The translations under genes and the position numbers were made by a program. Of a DNA stretch of 64,000 bases, positions 39,453-49,529 are shown in pieces. The DNA comes from an uncultured Candidatus Saccharibacteria bacterium (lineage in GTDB: Bacteria; Patescibacteriota; Minisyncoccia; Phycocordibacterales; GWA1-40-21): the NCBI GenBank assembly GCA_964539415.1, contig CAZIID010000001.1, forward strand, positions 11,979 through 75,978. Direction: 5' to 3'. Numbering within the stretch: the first letter of the stretch is position 1; every line of letters starts with the position of its first letter. Below the pieces are notes generated by a model, which was not told the origin of the DNA, did no database searches, and worked only from the letters and a program-made list of their open reading frames with translations.

Positions 39453-41135
39453 TTAATCTTCTGATTCAAGGTCTATCACACGGGAGAGTTCATCGAAGGT
39501 GCTTACACCTTTCAAAACTTTTAATGTTCCGTCTTGTCTCATATCTAAAATATTTTGTGGGAGAGCTGCTTTTTTTATATCTCTGTCACTTGGGTTTGAA
39601 ACGATAGCTTCTGTTACTTCTTTTGTTGTAAGTATGGCTTCACATATAGCTACTCTTCCTTTGTATCCAGTGTTGTGACATTTTTCACAACCTTTTGATT
39701 CCCAAACTTTTTCCATTTGAACTCCTTCAATATATGTTTTGTCTGTAATACCTTCTATGATTTTTTTTACAAGTTCTTTTTCTTTTTCATCCATCACTCT
39801 TTCTTGCCTACAAGACAAACAAAGTTTTCTTATAAGTCTTTGCGCCATTGTAATATTTACAGCGGAAGAAATAATTTTAGGATTTACTTTAAGATCTATA
39901 AGGCGGGGGAAGGCACCAGCTGCACTATTTGTGTGAAGTGTTGAAAAAACTAAGTGACCTGTAAGTGCTGAGTTGATCGCGATGGCCGCTGTTTCTGTGT
40001 CACGGATTTCTCCCACCATAATAACGTCTGGATCTTGTCGCAGTGCTGCTCGAAGTCCTGAAAGAAAAGTATATCCCTTTTCTTCTTCAACTTGCGTTTG
40101 AACAACTCCAGGAAGATGGTATTCAATCGGGTCTTCAATCGTGATAATTTTTATTTCAGAAGAAAAGATTTTTCTCATAAAGGCATATAAGGTAGTGGTT
40201 TTACCAGAACCTGTAGGACCAGTGATAAGAAGCATACCGTTTGGCTTTTGGATTTGTTCAAGCAAAATATCTAGAGTTCTTTTTTCTATACCAAGCTCTT
40301 CGAGGGGAACAGAAATAGATTTTGGATTGAGGATTCTCATAACCACGGATTCGTTGTAAGCACCAGGTAATATGGATGTTCTTATTTGAATATCATTTTC
40401 TTGAATCTCTACGCTAAATCTTCCGTCTTGAGATTCACTTATGACGTTAAGTTTTAAACCAGAGAGAAGTTTAATTCTTGAAAGGAGAAGTTTATATGTT
40501 GGTTTATCAAATTGGGTTATGTTTAAAAGGACTCCATCAAGTCTGTATCTCATTCGGATAAATTCTTCTTCGGGCTCTATGTGAATATCAGAAGCTTTTA
40601 GAGCGAGTGCTCCAGCAAGCATGATTTCTAATATTTTTGAAATTCGGTATGTTTGTTTTATTCCCATCAATCCTTCTACTTTTGTTTGGACATCTTGGAT
40701 TGATTTAATTTCACTTATAAGTGTCGTGACGCTTTCGTTTGCAATATCAAAAGTTCCTGCTCGGCTTGCTGATGAGCCAGATATTTCACTGTATCTTCCC
40801 CAAGCTTTTTCTAAACTCGCTGTGGAGACTACACTAAGAGTAGGGAAGTAATTGTCTTCTTCAAGTTTTTTGATTACTTGAGCGGTTTTGTCGGCACCAG
40901 GTGCAAGAACTGCCACTTGGATTCTCCTGTCTGTTATATCAAATACGGCAACCTTTGTGTCACGAGCTGTTTCTTCGGGTAATAGTCTAAGTGCTTCTGA
41001 GTTAATAGCAACAGGCCCAAGATCAAGATAGTTTAAACCATATCTAACAGCAAGAATTTTGGCGACTTCCTCTTCTTCTTTCGCTCTAAGTTCTGCTATA
41101 CGAGCTTTTTGTTTTTCTTCATCAAATTGGACCAT
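39453..41135 (-). CDS. PilB/GspE family secretion ATPase
   Basis: ASDIHIEP, QDGRF, GPTGSGKT, TIEDPIEY, LRQDPD, STLHTN and Zn CxxC pairs. Confidence 0.93.
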   Translation of the reverse strand: MVQFDEEKQKARIAELRAKEEEEVAKILAVRYGLNYLDLGPVAINSEALRLLPEETARDTKVAVFDITDRRIQVAVLAPGADKTAQVIKKLEEDNYFPTLSVVSTASLEKAWGRYSEISGSSASRAGTFDIANESVTTLISEIKSIQDVQTKVEGLMGIKQTYRISKILEIMLAGALALKASDIHIEPEEEFIRMRYRLDGVLLNITQFDKPTYKLLLSRIKLLSGLKLNVISESQDGRFSVEIQENDIQIRTSILPGAYNESVVMRILNPKSISVPLEELGIEKRTLDILLEQIQKPNGMLLITGPTGSGKTTTLYAFMRKIFSSEIKIITIEDPIEYHLPGVVQTQVEEEKGYTFLSGLRAALRQDPDVIMVGEIRDTETAAIAINSALTGHLVFSTLHTNSAAGAFPRLIDLKVNPKIISSAVNITMAQRLIRKLCLSCRQERVMDEKEKELVKKIIEGITDKTYIEGVQMEKVWESKGCEKCHNTGYKGRVAICEAILTTKEVTEAIVSNPSDRDIKKAALPQNILDMRQDGTLKVLKGVSTFDELSRVIDLESED

Positions 41136-41167
41136 ACTGTGCTTGATTATATCATAGAAGTTCTCTA

Positions 41168-41208
41168 GGTGTCACATTTTTGAAAAATAGTTTCAAAAAT
41201 GTGACACC
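41168..41208. repeat. Perfect inverted repeat
   Basis: GGTGTCACATTTTTGAAA-AATAG-TTTCAAAAATGTGACACC. Confidence 0.8.
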
Positions 41209-41458
41209 TTGTCTTTGCGAGAAGCGAAGCGTTTACCCCGTGAAATTTCTTTGTATTTCATTGGGGACGAAGCAAACCAGTTTTAAGATGGATTACTTCG
41301 GAAGGTCTTGCAGAGACAAATAAAAAAAGAAGATTGTTGGTAGTTGCTTTTTATAACTATATATGGTATAATACTAGTAGGTTAATAAAGTACATAAAAA
41401 GCCTAAAAACAGTGTTTTTGGCTTAAAATATCAAAAATCAAAAAGAAGGAGTGGTAAG

Positions 41459-41848
41459 ATGAAGAAAGTAGTTGTTGGTCTGTTTGGTTTTCTTGTGGTT
41501 CTGGTACTTCTCTCTGTGTGTGGTTGTGAAGAAACAGACGCCCACAAGAACAGCGACAGTAACAGAGACAATTATTACGGCAACAACGATTCTGGCAGAA
41601 GTATCACTGTCAGAGTTGAGAATCAGTCGCCTTACGATATCATTGTTTACAAAGGTGACTCTCGTTATGCAACACTTGAATCTGGTGCTGGGGTTAGCGT
41701 ATATGCTTACCTAGTTTCGGATCAAGAGTTGTCGGTCGCTGTTTCCACACCAGTCTTTGGTGTTAGGAAAAATTTTGATAGGTATGACTCTTATTCCAAC
41801 TTTGTAGTCTATGAAAGTGATTACAGTGTGGAGTCTGAACAATATTGA
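41459..41848 (+). CDS. Putative lipoprotein, hypothetical
   Basis: MKK + hydrophobic stretch + VCGC lipobox-like motif; AGGAG SD; own promoter (TATAAT at 41367) and terminator (41855-41898). Confidence 0.65.
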   Translation: MKKVVVGLFGFLVVLVLLSVCGCEETDAHKNSDSNRDNYYGNNDSGRSITVRVENQSPYDIIVYKGDSRYATLESGAGVSVYAYLVSDQELSVAVSTPVFGVRKNFDRYDSYSNFVVYESDYSVESEQY

Positions 41849-41906
41849 AGTAGCATTTTTGCCCGGGGAGAAACTAGTTTTCTCTTCGGGCATTTTTTGT
41901 TAGTAT

Positions 41907-42347
41907 ATGAGGATGATAATCACAAGTAAGAGTGTAGAACAGACAGGAGAGGTAGCCAAGGAGTTTTTACAGAAAGTATCTCACGGTGTATATACCGGAG
42001 CTCTTGTTGTTGGTCTTTATGGGGATTTGGGTTCTGGAAAGACTACTTTTACTCAGGCGTTTGCAAAACATTTGGGAATCACCAACAATATTACTAGTCC
42101 AACTTTTGTTATAGAGAAGATTTACAAGATTGAAAATAGTCCATTTGAAAATCTTATTCATATTGATGCATACAGACTAGAAAATTCTAAAGAACTTTCA
42201 ATGCTTTCTTGGCAGGAGCAGGTAACGAATCCTAAAAACCTTATTCTCATAGAATGGCCAGAAAGGGTAGTTGATATCTTGCCAGAAAATCACGCGAAAA
42301 TTATGTTTAAGTTTATTTCTGAAACTGAAAGGGAAATCGAGATTTAA
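41907..42347 (+). CDS. tsaE: tRNA t6A biosynthesis ATPase TsaE
   Basis: GDLGSGKTTF, SPTF, HIDAYRL and IEWPE motifs. Confidence 0.95.
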   Translation: MRMIITSKSVEQTGEVAKEFLQKVSHGVYTGALVVGLYGDLGSGKTTFTQAFAKHLGITNNITSPTFVIEKIYKIENSPFENLIHIDAYRLENSKELSMLSWQEQVTNPKNLILIEWPERVVDILPENHAKIMFKFISETEREIEI

Positions 42348-42461
42348 AAATAAGAAGGACATGAAAAAAGAGGATTTTGCAAAGCAAAATCCTCTTTTGT
42401 TTTTTTTGAAAAAACCATGATATAATAAACTCAATTAATTAATAACTACAAGACTTATTAA

Positions 42462-45302
42462 ATGAAAAAACAAAACAAAATAATCTTTTCTTTTCTAGTT
42501 TCTATCATCCTATTTTTGGGATTTAGTTTTTCAAATACTTATGCCGCTACTTTGTATTTTAATAATAACACAGGAGATGGTACTTGGGATACTTCTGAAA
42601 ATTGGTGGAGCGATGTATCAATGCAGACCCCCGCTGGATCAATTCCAAGTAATGGAGACGCTGTCTACATTGCCGCAGATATTTGCACAGGACCATCTCA
42701 GACTGTAAATCTGGACCATGTATATGTGGCTGATGAAAGTACTGGAGGAGGAAACTTTACTGTTAATTTGTCGAATGCTGTGAGTGATGTCACTTTTAAT
42801 AATGGTTCCTATAATTACTACGGCAGCGCGATTACTGGAAATGTTACTTTTACCGGCAGTTCTTATCCATTTAATCCTATAAGCCAAGACTTCTTCTACG
42901 GAGGCTCTGTGACTGGTTCAGTAACCTTTACGGCAGACAATGTCACTTTTACTATCGGGGATGGCCAATACTGGAATATGGACACTTCTTCGTGGATTTT
43001 TACAGGAGTAGGTACACCAACGTGGATTTTTAATGGAGGAACTTTAAACAGTACAACTATTAATGGTAATGCTATTTTTAATTTTGGTTCTTATAGTTAT
43101 TCTTCGAAAGTGGATGGTAATGCTACATTTACTGGAACTTCATATTCAAATGATCCGACAGGAGTTGATATGCAAGTTAATGGTTCGGGTGTTACTGGAA
43201 CCGTAACCTTCACCGGGGATAATGTAACTTTTTCAGTCAGTAACTTTGTATGGCAGACTGAGGCGTCATCATGGATTTTTACAGGAGAAGGGACACCCAC
43301 CTGGACCTTTGAAAGTGGGTCAGATTTAAATTATGGAACGATACATGGTAATGCCGTTTTTAAGGCTGGTTCAATTTTTAGTTACGGAACCGTAGTAGGT
43401 GATGTCACTTTTTACGGAAGTTCACAAAATGGAAATAGAATAGAAGGTAGTGCGATCTTTAATGGAAGTTCATATTTAAACGACCCGACAAGGGATCCCA
43501 ATGTGGGAAGTTCGGCGGGAATCACCGGGACAGTTACTTTTACAGGGAATAATGTCACTTTTACATTAGAAAGTGAGCATACTTGGGATTCGGACACATC
43601 ATCATGGATTTTTACAGGTAGTGGTGCTCCTCTATTAATAAACGAAAGTTCGATAAATGGCGGAACTTTTTTTATCCCGATTAGAAATGATAACACTATA
43701 GAAGGTGGAATATTTCATGGTTCGATAACAAATAATAATTATATATATAATGGCAGTTTTTATTCCCTCGTAACAAACAATGGAACAATTTACGGTGGAT
43801 CATTTTGTCAGTCTCAGGCCGAAACAGGCGGTTCAATAGAGGATTATAACGGAGTTACTTTTGGAATAAGCAACCCTCTCTGTTACAACACTCCCACTTC
43901 CATCATTGTTAATTCTCCAACAAATCTTTCCGTCCTTTCTTCGTGGTCCCCATCAATCTCTTTCACTGGCTCTCCAACAACGTGTAAATATAAAATGGAC
44001 AGTGATGACTATGTAACACTTGATTGTAATTCCATGTCTATTCCTACACCAACTGAGTGGCCACACTTACTTACTGTGACAGCAGAAAGTCCATATGGTG
44101 GATCTACTTCAACAATCTCTTTTATCTTCTCTACTCTACTTGGTAATTTCACAGGTTCTCTCTCACCAATCGCATTACCTGCACCAACTCACCACACACT
44201 TGGAGACATATACAACGTAATAGTAGAGGGAACACCATCAGAGACAAATGATCATACTCTCTCAACTACTACAACTCCTACAGCAACCACCACACACTCA
44301 ACAAGTGAGATATACGCACGTCTTGCAAACCTTATTGATGCATCAACTATCAAATCAGGAGTAACATACCTTGGTGTCACAGGAGGAGGAGAGACACCAG
44401 AGCCAATTGAGATTATACCAACATCACTTACACCACTTCTCACACCAAATGACAGAACAGGTTTCTCTCTTGAAGATATATACCAACTCGTAAAGAACAA
44501 TGTAAGAGTTACTTCATCAACTCATGATATTACAAACTCGTCCACTGTCGGTCTAACTCAACATTCTATTGAAGATATCTATAGAACTCTTACTGCTCTG
44601 ATACAGCCGGGGAATGTTTTACTTGGAGAGAGTTATTTGGGGGTGGAGGGAGCTTATGATCCAAGACCGATTGCACAGTGGAAGATGAATGATAATGCTG
44701 GGTCTACAACAGTCCTAGACAGTTCAGGAAATGGACTTGACGGAACTGCAATACAGAATACGAGTGTTATTCATGCGACGGGTGTTGTGGGCGGGGCGTT
44801 GAGTTTTGATGGTGTGAGTGACACTGTATCAATAAATAATTTTACTATGGATGCAGATTGGTCAATTGATGGTTGGATTAAACCGACGATTAATCAAGTT
44901 GGTGCGATAATTTCACAATCAACTGATAGTAATAACAATGCGGTCATATTTCTCCAAGGTGCCAATAATGGAGAACTAACATTTTATGTTAATTCAGAGG
45001 GAAATAACGTCGTAAACGTTGCTTCTGCTGGAGGATTTAATTTGAATGAGTGGAAGCATTTTGTTTTAGCTTATGATGGAATTGATTATCATTTTTATAT
45101 TAATGGTGTTGAAGGGACTACTGTGTATAATAATGCTCAGTCGTGGGGTAGTTATAGTGGAAACTTGGTTCTAGGACATCGTGATATGGATGATAGTTAC
45201 TATTTTGGTGGTTTAATGGACGATGTAAGAGTCTATAACAGAGCTTTATCACAAGAAGAAATCAGTGCACTCTATAATTCAGGTAACGGAACAGAGAATT
45301 AA
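42462..45302 (+). CDS. Large secreted surface protein, paralog of 34788..38012, with C-terminal LamG-like domain
   Basis: Signal peptide; three VTGTVTFTG.NVTF..W...SSWIFTG repeats; shared SLTP module; MDDVRVYNRALS. Confidence 0.82.
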   Translation: MKKQNKIIFSFLVSIILFLGFSFSNTYAATLYFNNNTGDGTWDTSENWWSDVSMQTPAGSIPSNGDAVYIAADICTGPSQTVNLDHVYVADESTGGGNFTVNLSNAVSDVTFNNGSYNYYGSAITGNVTFTGSSYPFNPISQDFFYGGSVTGSVTFTADNVTFTIGDGQYWNMDTSSWIFTGVGTPTWIFNGGTLNSTTINGNAIFNFGSYSYSSKVDGNATFTGTSYSNDPTGVDMQVNGSGVTGTVTFTGDNVTFSVSNFVWQTEASSWIFTGEGTPTWTFESGSDLNYGTIHGNAVFKAGSIFSYGTVVGDVTFYGSSQNGNRIEGSAIFNGSSYLNDPTRDPNVGSSAGITGTVTFTGNNVTFTLESEHTWDSDTSSWIFTGSGAPLLINESSINGGTFFIPIRNDNTIEGGIFHGSITNNNYIYNGSFYSLVTNNGTIYGGSFCQSQAETGGSIEDYNGVTFGISNPLCYNTPTSIIVNSPTNLSVLSSWSPSISFTGSPTTCKYKMDSDDYVTLDCNSMSIPTPTEWPHLLTVTAESPYGGSTSTISFIFSTLLGNFTGSLSPIALPAPTHHTLGDIYNVIVEGTPSETNDHTLSTTTTPTATTTHSTSEIYARLANLIDASTIKSGVTYLGVTGGGETPEPIEIIPTSLTPLLTPNDRTGFSLEDIYQLVKNNVRVTSSTHDITNSSTVGLTQHSIEDIYRTLTALIQPGNVLLGESYLGVEGAYDPRPIAQWKMNDNAGSTTVLDSSGNGLDGTAIQNTSVIHATGVVGGALSFDGVSDTVSINNFTMDADWSIDGWIKPTINQVGAIISQSTDSNNNAVIFLQGANNGELTFYVNSEGNNVVNVASAGGFNLNEWKHFVLAYDGIDYHFYINGVEGTTVYNNAQSWGSYSGNLVLGHRDMDDSYYFGGLMDDVRVYNRALSQEEISALYNSGNGTEN

Positions 45303-45379
45303 AATATCTTTAAAACACCCCACAGGAAGCTCTGTTTTTCTGTGGGGTATTTTTCTTTTAGTTTGTTATAATACCTAAT

Positions 45380-47782
45380 ATGGCAGATAAAAAAGAGAAC
45401 AAAAAACTAGTACTACTCGATGTTCATGCAATCATCCATCGCGCATATCACGCACTTCCTGATTTTGCGACTAGTAAGGGAGAACCAACCGGTGCGCTTT
45501 ATGGTCTCTCGACAATGTTGCTTAAAATTATCTCTGACATAAAACCAGACTACATTGTCGCGTGTTATGACTTACCAAAACCGACTTATAGGCATGAGGC
45601 TTATAAAGACTACAAAGCTGGTAGAGCAAAAGCAGATGATGAACTCGTATCACAGCTTAAAAAGTCATACGACATTTTTAAAGCTTTTGATATTCCAGTT
45701 TATTCAAAAGAAGGTTTTGAAGCTGATGATATGATAGGAACGATCGTTGAACAAGGTAAGAAAGATAAAAACCTAGATATTGTTATTGCTTCGGGAGATA
45801 TGGACACTCTCCAACTTGTAGAAGGGGATAAAGTGAAAGTATATACACTTAAGAAGGGGATTAAAGATACGATTGTCTATAACGAAAAAGCAGTTGAAGA
45901 AAGATTTGGTTTTTCAGCAAGACTTTTGCCAGACTATAAAGGGCTTCGTGGTGACCCATCTGATAATATTATCGGCATAAAAGGAATTGGTGAAAAGACA
46001 GCGAGTGAACTAATACAGAAATTTGGTTCAATTGAAGAAATATATAAAACACTCAAAAAAGATAGAAAGAAACTTTTGGATGCTGGGGTGAAAGAACGAA
46101 TCGTTGGACTTCTTGAAACAAATGAAGAGGAGGCTCTATTCTCAAAAATGCTTGGAACTATAAGGCGAGATGCACCAATAGATTTTGTATTGCCAGAAAA
46201 AACATGGAAAGAAGGATTGGATTTTGAAAAAATAAATAATGTCTGGGTAGAACTTGAGTTTAGAACGTTAGGTTCAAGGCTTAAAACTGTACTAGGTGAA
46301 AAAGTTTCAATTGATGTTGATAACTCAGATGATTTGGTGGCGACGCTACCAAATAAAGAGAGCTTGGGAGCCTCGCTTCCAAGTGAGAAAATTGCTGAAC
46401 TTTCTGTAATACTCTGGTTAATTAACTCTACAATCACAACTCCTAAACTTGAAGATATATATAATTTTACAAAGACAAAAGATGGAGTTTCTGCGGAGAA
46501 GATTTTGTTGGATGAGATAAAAAATAAGGGGCTTTCTGAAGTTTGGGAAAAAATTGAAAAGCCGTTACTTCCAATAATAGTAGAAATGAAAGTGAATGGA
46601 ATAAAAGTAGATTCAAATGCACTCGTAGCACTTTCAAAAGAGTATCATGAAAAACTGTCTGAGCTTGAAAGAAAAATCTGGGAATTGTCTGGTGTAGTTT
46701 TTAATATAAATTCTCCAAAACAGCTTGGTGAAGTTTTGTTTACAAAGCTTGGACTAAAGCCAAAGAATCAAAAGAAGACAAGTAGTGGAGCAATGTCTAC
46801 AAAAGAATCTGAACTAGAAAAAATGCGTGATTTACATCCTGTGATACCTTTTATTTTTGAACATAGAGAATTACAAAAACTTCTTTCTACTTATATAGAT
46901 GTAATACCAAGTCTACTAGACGAAAAACAGAGACTTCATGCAACTTTCTTGCAAGCAGGAACAACGACAGGAAGAATGGCATCAAGTGAGCCAAATTTGC
47001 AAAACATTCCGATTAGAAGTGATCTAGGTAAAAATATAAGGAAGGCATTTATTGCAGAGAAAGGTTTTAAACTTGTTGCTTTTGATTATTCACAAGTTGA
47101 ACTGAGAATTGCGGCTTTTCTTTCTGGTGATAAAAAACTTATAGATATTTTTAAAAAAGGGGAAGATGTTCATACTGCTGTAGCCTCTGAAGTTTTTAAT
47201 GTTCCACTTGATGCTGTAGATAAAGAAATGAGAAGAAGAGCAAAGATAATAAACTTTGGAATAATGTATGGAATGGGAGTAAACGCATTGAAACAAAATC
47301 TAGGTACTGACAGAAAAGAAGCACAGATATTTTATGATGAATATTTTAAAAAGTTTGAAGGATTAGCAAAATATCTTGATAACACAAAAGCAAATGCACA
47401 AAGAAAAGGGTATACGGAAACATTTTTTGGTAGAAGAAGATATTTTGAAGGTTTACAATCTAAGTTGCCTTTTATAAAGGCGATGGCAGAGAGGATGGCT
47501 ATCAATGCGCCAATTCAAGGTACAGAAGCCGACTTAGTGAAACTTGCGATGGTTGAGGTGGATAAATATTTGGAAGGGCAAAAATTGAAAAATAAGGTGA
47601 AGATACTTTTGCAGGTTCATGATGAACTAGTTTATGAAATTTCAGAAGATGTTATCGGAACAGTTGTAAATAATATTAAAAAAATAATGGAAGGTCTGAT
47701 TCCGCCAGAAAAAGTATCAGGAATTGTATGTAAAACAACCATTGAAGTGGGGGATAACTGGCTAGAAATGGAGGAGATTTAG
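45380..47782 (+). CDS. polA: DNA polymerase I (5'-3' exonuclease + polymerase; 3'-5' exonuclease domain largely absent)
   Basis: EADD, SGD.D, GDPSDNI, TGRMASSEPNLQNIP, DYSQVELR, K..NFG..YG and QVHDEL motifs. Confidence 0.96.
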   Translation: MADKKENKKLVLLDVHAIIHRAYHALPDFATSKGEPTGALYGLSTMLLKIISDIKPDYIVACYDLPKPTYRHEAYKDYKAGRAKADDELVSQLKKSYDIFKAFDIPVYSKEGFEADDMIGTIVEQGKKDKNLDIVIASGDMDTLQLVEGDKVKVYTLKKGIKDTIVYNEKAVEERFGFSARLLPDYKGLRGDPSDNIIGIKGIGEKTASELIQKFGSIEEIYKTLKKDRKKLLDAGVKERIVGLLETNEEEALFSKMLGTIRRDAPIDFVLPEKTWKEGLDFEKINNVWVELEFRTLGSRLKTVLGEKVSIDVDNSDDLVATLPNKESLGASLPSEKIAELSVILWLINSTITTPKLEDIYNFTKTKDGVSAEKILLDEIKNKGLSEVWEKIEKPLLPIIVEMKVNGIKVDSNALVALSKEYHEKLSELERKIWELSGVVFNINSPKQLGEVLFTKLGLKPKNQKKTSSGAMSTKESELEKMRDLHPVIPFIFEHRELQKLLSTYIDVIPSLLDEKQRLHATFLQAGTTTGRMASSEPNLQNIPIRSDLGKNIRKAFIAEKGFKLVAFDYSQVELRIAAFLSGDKKLIDIFKKGEDVHTAVASEVFNVPLDAVDKEMRRRAKIINFGIMYGMGVNALKQNLGTDRKEAQIFYDEYFKKFEGLAKYLDNTKANAQRKGYTETFFGRRRYFEGLQSKLPFIKAMAERMAINAPIQGTEADLVKLAMVEVDKYLEGQKLKNKVKILLQVHDELVYEISEDVIGTVVNNIKKIMEGLIPPEKVSGIVCKTTIEVGDNWLEMEEI
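46332..46383. repeat. Two REP family A-type palindromes in-frame inside polA
   Basis: ATTTGGTGGCGACGCTACCAAAT (reverse complement of the RAYT-flanking core) and CTTGGGAGCCTCGCTTCCAAG. Confidence 0.8.
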
Positions 47783-47788
47783 AAAGCT

Positions 47789-48107
47789 AAAATAGTATAA
47801 GAAATTAGTATAAGCCTGCCTGCGCAGGCAGGTATGAGAAAGAACTGGATTGCCACGTTCGGAATACCTCACTCGCAAAGACGGAGCAGGGCTTCTTCTG
47901 TCATTGCGAGCGAAGCGTGGCAATCCATCTTCTCTGTCATCCCAGACTTGTTTACTCCGTGAAATTTCATAGTATTTCAACTGGGGATCTGGGATCCAGG
48001 ATTTTATCAACAAACTTTGGATTCCCGCTTGCGCGGGAATGACAAAAAATAAATTAAAAAACCGAGGTTAAACCTTTCTACAGACTTAAGGTTTAACCTC
48101 GGTTTTT
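47789..48107. repeat. Dense cluster of nested REP-like palindromes between convergent polA and tig
   Basis: CCTGCCTGCGCAGGCAGG; family B pair; family C pair with nested GTTTACTCCGTGAAAT...ATTTCAACTGGGG; AGGTTAAACCT/AGGTTTAACCT hairpin. Confidence 0.82.
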
Positions 48108-48116
48108 TTGTTCAGA

Positions 48117-49181
48117 CTAATTTTTCTGTGCTTCTAGAAAATCAAACACCATTTTGTTTATTAGATTTGATTCAACGTAAATTCTCACTCTGTCTATGGA
48201 AGCATCTTTGTATTGTTCCATAAGATGTTTAACTTCTGTTTCTACTTCTTCTTTTTTGGCTTCAATTTTTTCTGTGATTGCGATGTTGTGAACAATAACT
48301 TGTAGCTTAGCTCTTTTTTCAGCATCATCAGCCCATTCTTTTCTCAATTCTTCCCAAGTCTTTTTGATATGTTTTAGATAGTCTTCTGGTTTCATGCCCA
48401 TTCTTGTGATGTCATCTTCGAACTGAGCTTGCATTTTGTTGAGTTCACTCAACACAAGAGCTTTTGGCATTTCTATTTTTGATTCTTTGATTATCTCTTC
48501 AATAATAGTAAGTTTTTTCTTATCTTGAGCCTTTTGCTCTTTTTCTTTCATTATTCCTTCTTTTATTTTATCTCTAAAATCTGCAATTGTTTTAAAATCA
48601 CCAAGTTTTTTAACAAACTCTTCATTTACTTCTGGCAGATCAAGCTTTTCTTCTTCAGAATGTTTTTCACCTTCTTTATGGGTATGGTTTTGTCTTGCCC
48701 ACATAGCTCTTATTTCTTCTACAGTTTCATCTATTTGTTTTTCTTCTACTGTAATCTTTTCTGGAGTCTTTCCATTTTCTTTTACTGCAATTTTTTTGTA
48801 ATCGCCAAGTTTTACTTCTGGCATTGTTGCAACACGAACCTTGAACTCAAGAGGGGAGCCAATAGCAATCTTTGATATGGAAACATCCGGTCTGCCGACA
48901 AAATTCGGAGCTTTCTCAGCTATTATTTCCATCGCACAGTCATTTATAGCAAGCTCTAGTGCCTCTTCAAGAAGCCCTAGCTCACCAATTTTTTCTAAAA
49001 GCATTTTTTCTGGAACAAAGCCTTTTCTAAAGCCTGGCATTTCTGCTACTTCTTTCATTCTCTTGAGGGCCTTGTCTTTATAAGGTTTAATATCAGCTTC
49101 TTGTATTTCTACAGTTATTTCAACTTCACAATCTGGGAGTTTCTTGCTGTCCTTTATCTCGTATATTTTTTTGTTTGTCAT
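48117..49181 (-). CDS. tig: Trigger factor (PPIase domain apparently absent)
   Basis: MPGFRKG.VP ribosome-binding signature; LPEVNEEF..KLG; only 354 aa. Confidence 0.9.
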   Translation of the reverse strand: MTNKKIYEIKDSKKLPDCEVEITVEIQEADIKPYKDKALKRMKEVAEMPGFRKGFVPEKMLLEKIGELGLLEEALELAINDCAMEIIAEKAPNFVGRPDVSISKIAIGSPLEFKVRVATMPEVKLGDYKKIAVKENGKTPEKITVEEKQIDETVEEIRAMWARQNHTHKEGEKHSEEEKLDLPEVNEEFVKKLGDFKTIADFRDKIKEGIMKEKEQKAQDKKKLTIIEEIIKESKIEMPKALVLSELNKMQAQFEDDITRMGMKPEDYLKHIKKTWEELRKEWADDAEKRAKLQVIVHNIAITEKIEAKKEEVETEVKHLMEQYKDASIDRVRIYVESNLINKMVFDFLEAQKN

Positions 49182-49283
49182 CCCAAGAGTCTATACGAAA
49201 ATGAGCAAAAATGCAAAAATAATTTGAGTATATAAAAAACACCGCGATTGGCGGTGTTTTTAAATTGAATATTTGAGTGCCCT

Positions 49284-49529
49284 TCAGAGCGAGTTTATTT
49301 CCGCATCCAACTTATTTATATCCATTGATTTTGAATCCAATTCAATGGTTTTTATATCGTCAGCTTCATTGTTTATTTCTTGTAGGACAGTTGCTTGTTT
49401 CTCCACATTTATTTTTGATGTGAACATATAGAAAGCGCCAAAAAGTAGAACCACCATAACAATCAACGTACCCCAAAGTGCACCAGCTCCTCCTTTTGTT
49501 TGATTGTTTGTTGTTTCTTCTTTATTCAT
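49284..49529 (-). CDS. Small single-TM hypothetical protein
   Basis: 81-aa ORF with TM segment GALWGTLIVMVVLLFGAFY. Confidence 0.65.
   Translation of the reverse strand: MNKEETTNNQTKGGAGALWGTLIVMVVLLFGAFYMFTSKINVEKQATVLQEINNEADDIKTIELDSKSMDINKLDAEINSL

Noticed and set aside
47762-48013. 83-aa ORF (and the similar ORF at 29768..30004)
   Set aside because: Translations of palindromic repeats (LPRFARND, LDSRLRGND), typical spurious ORFs
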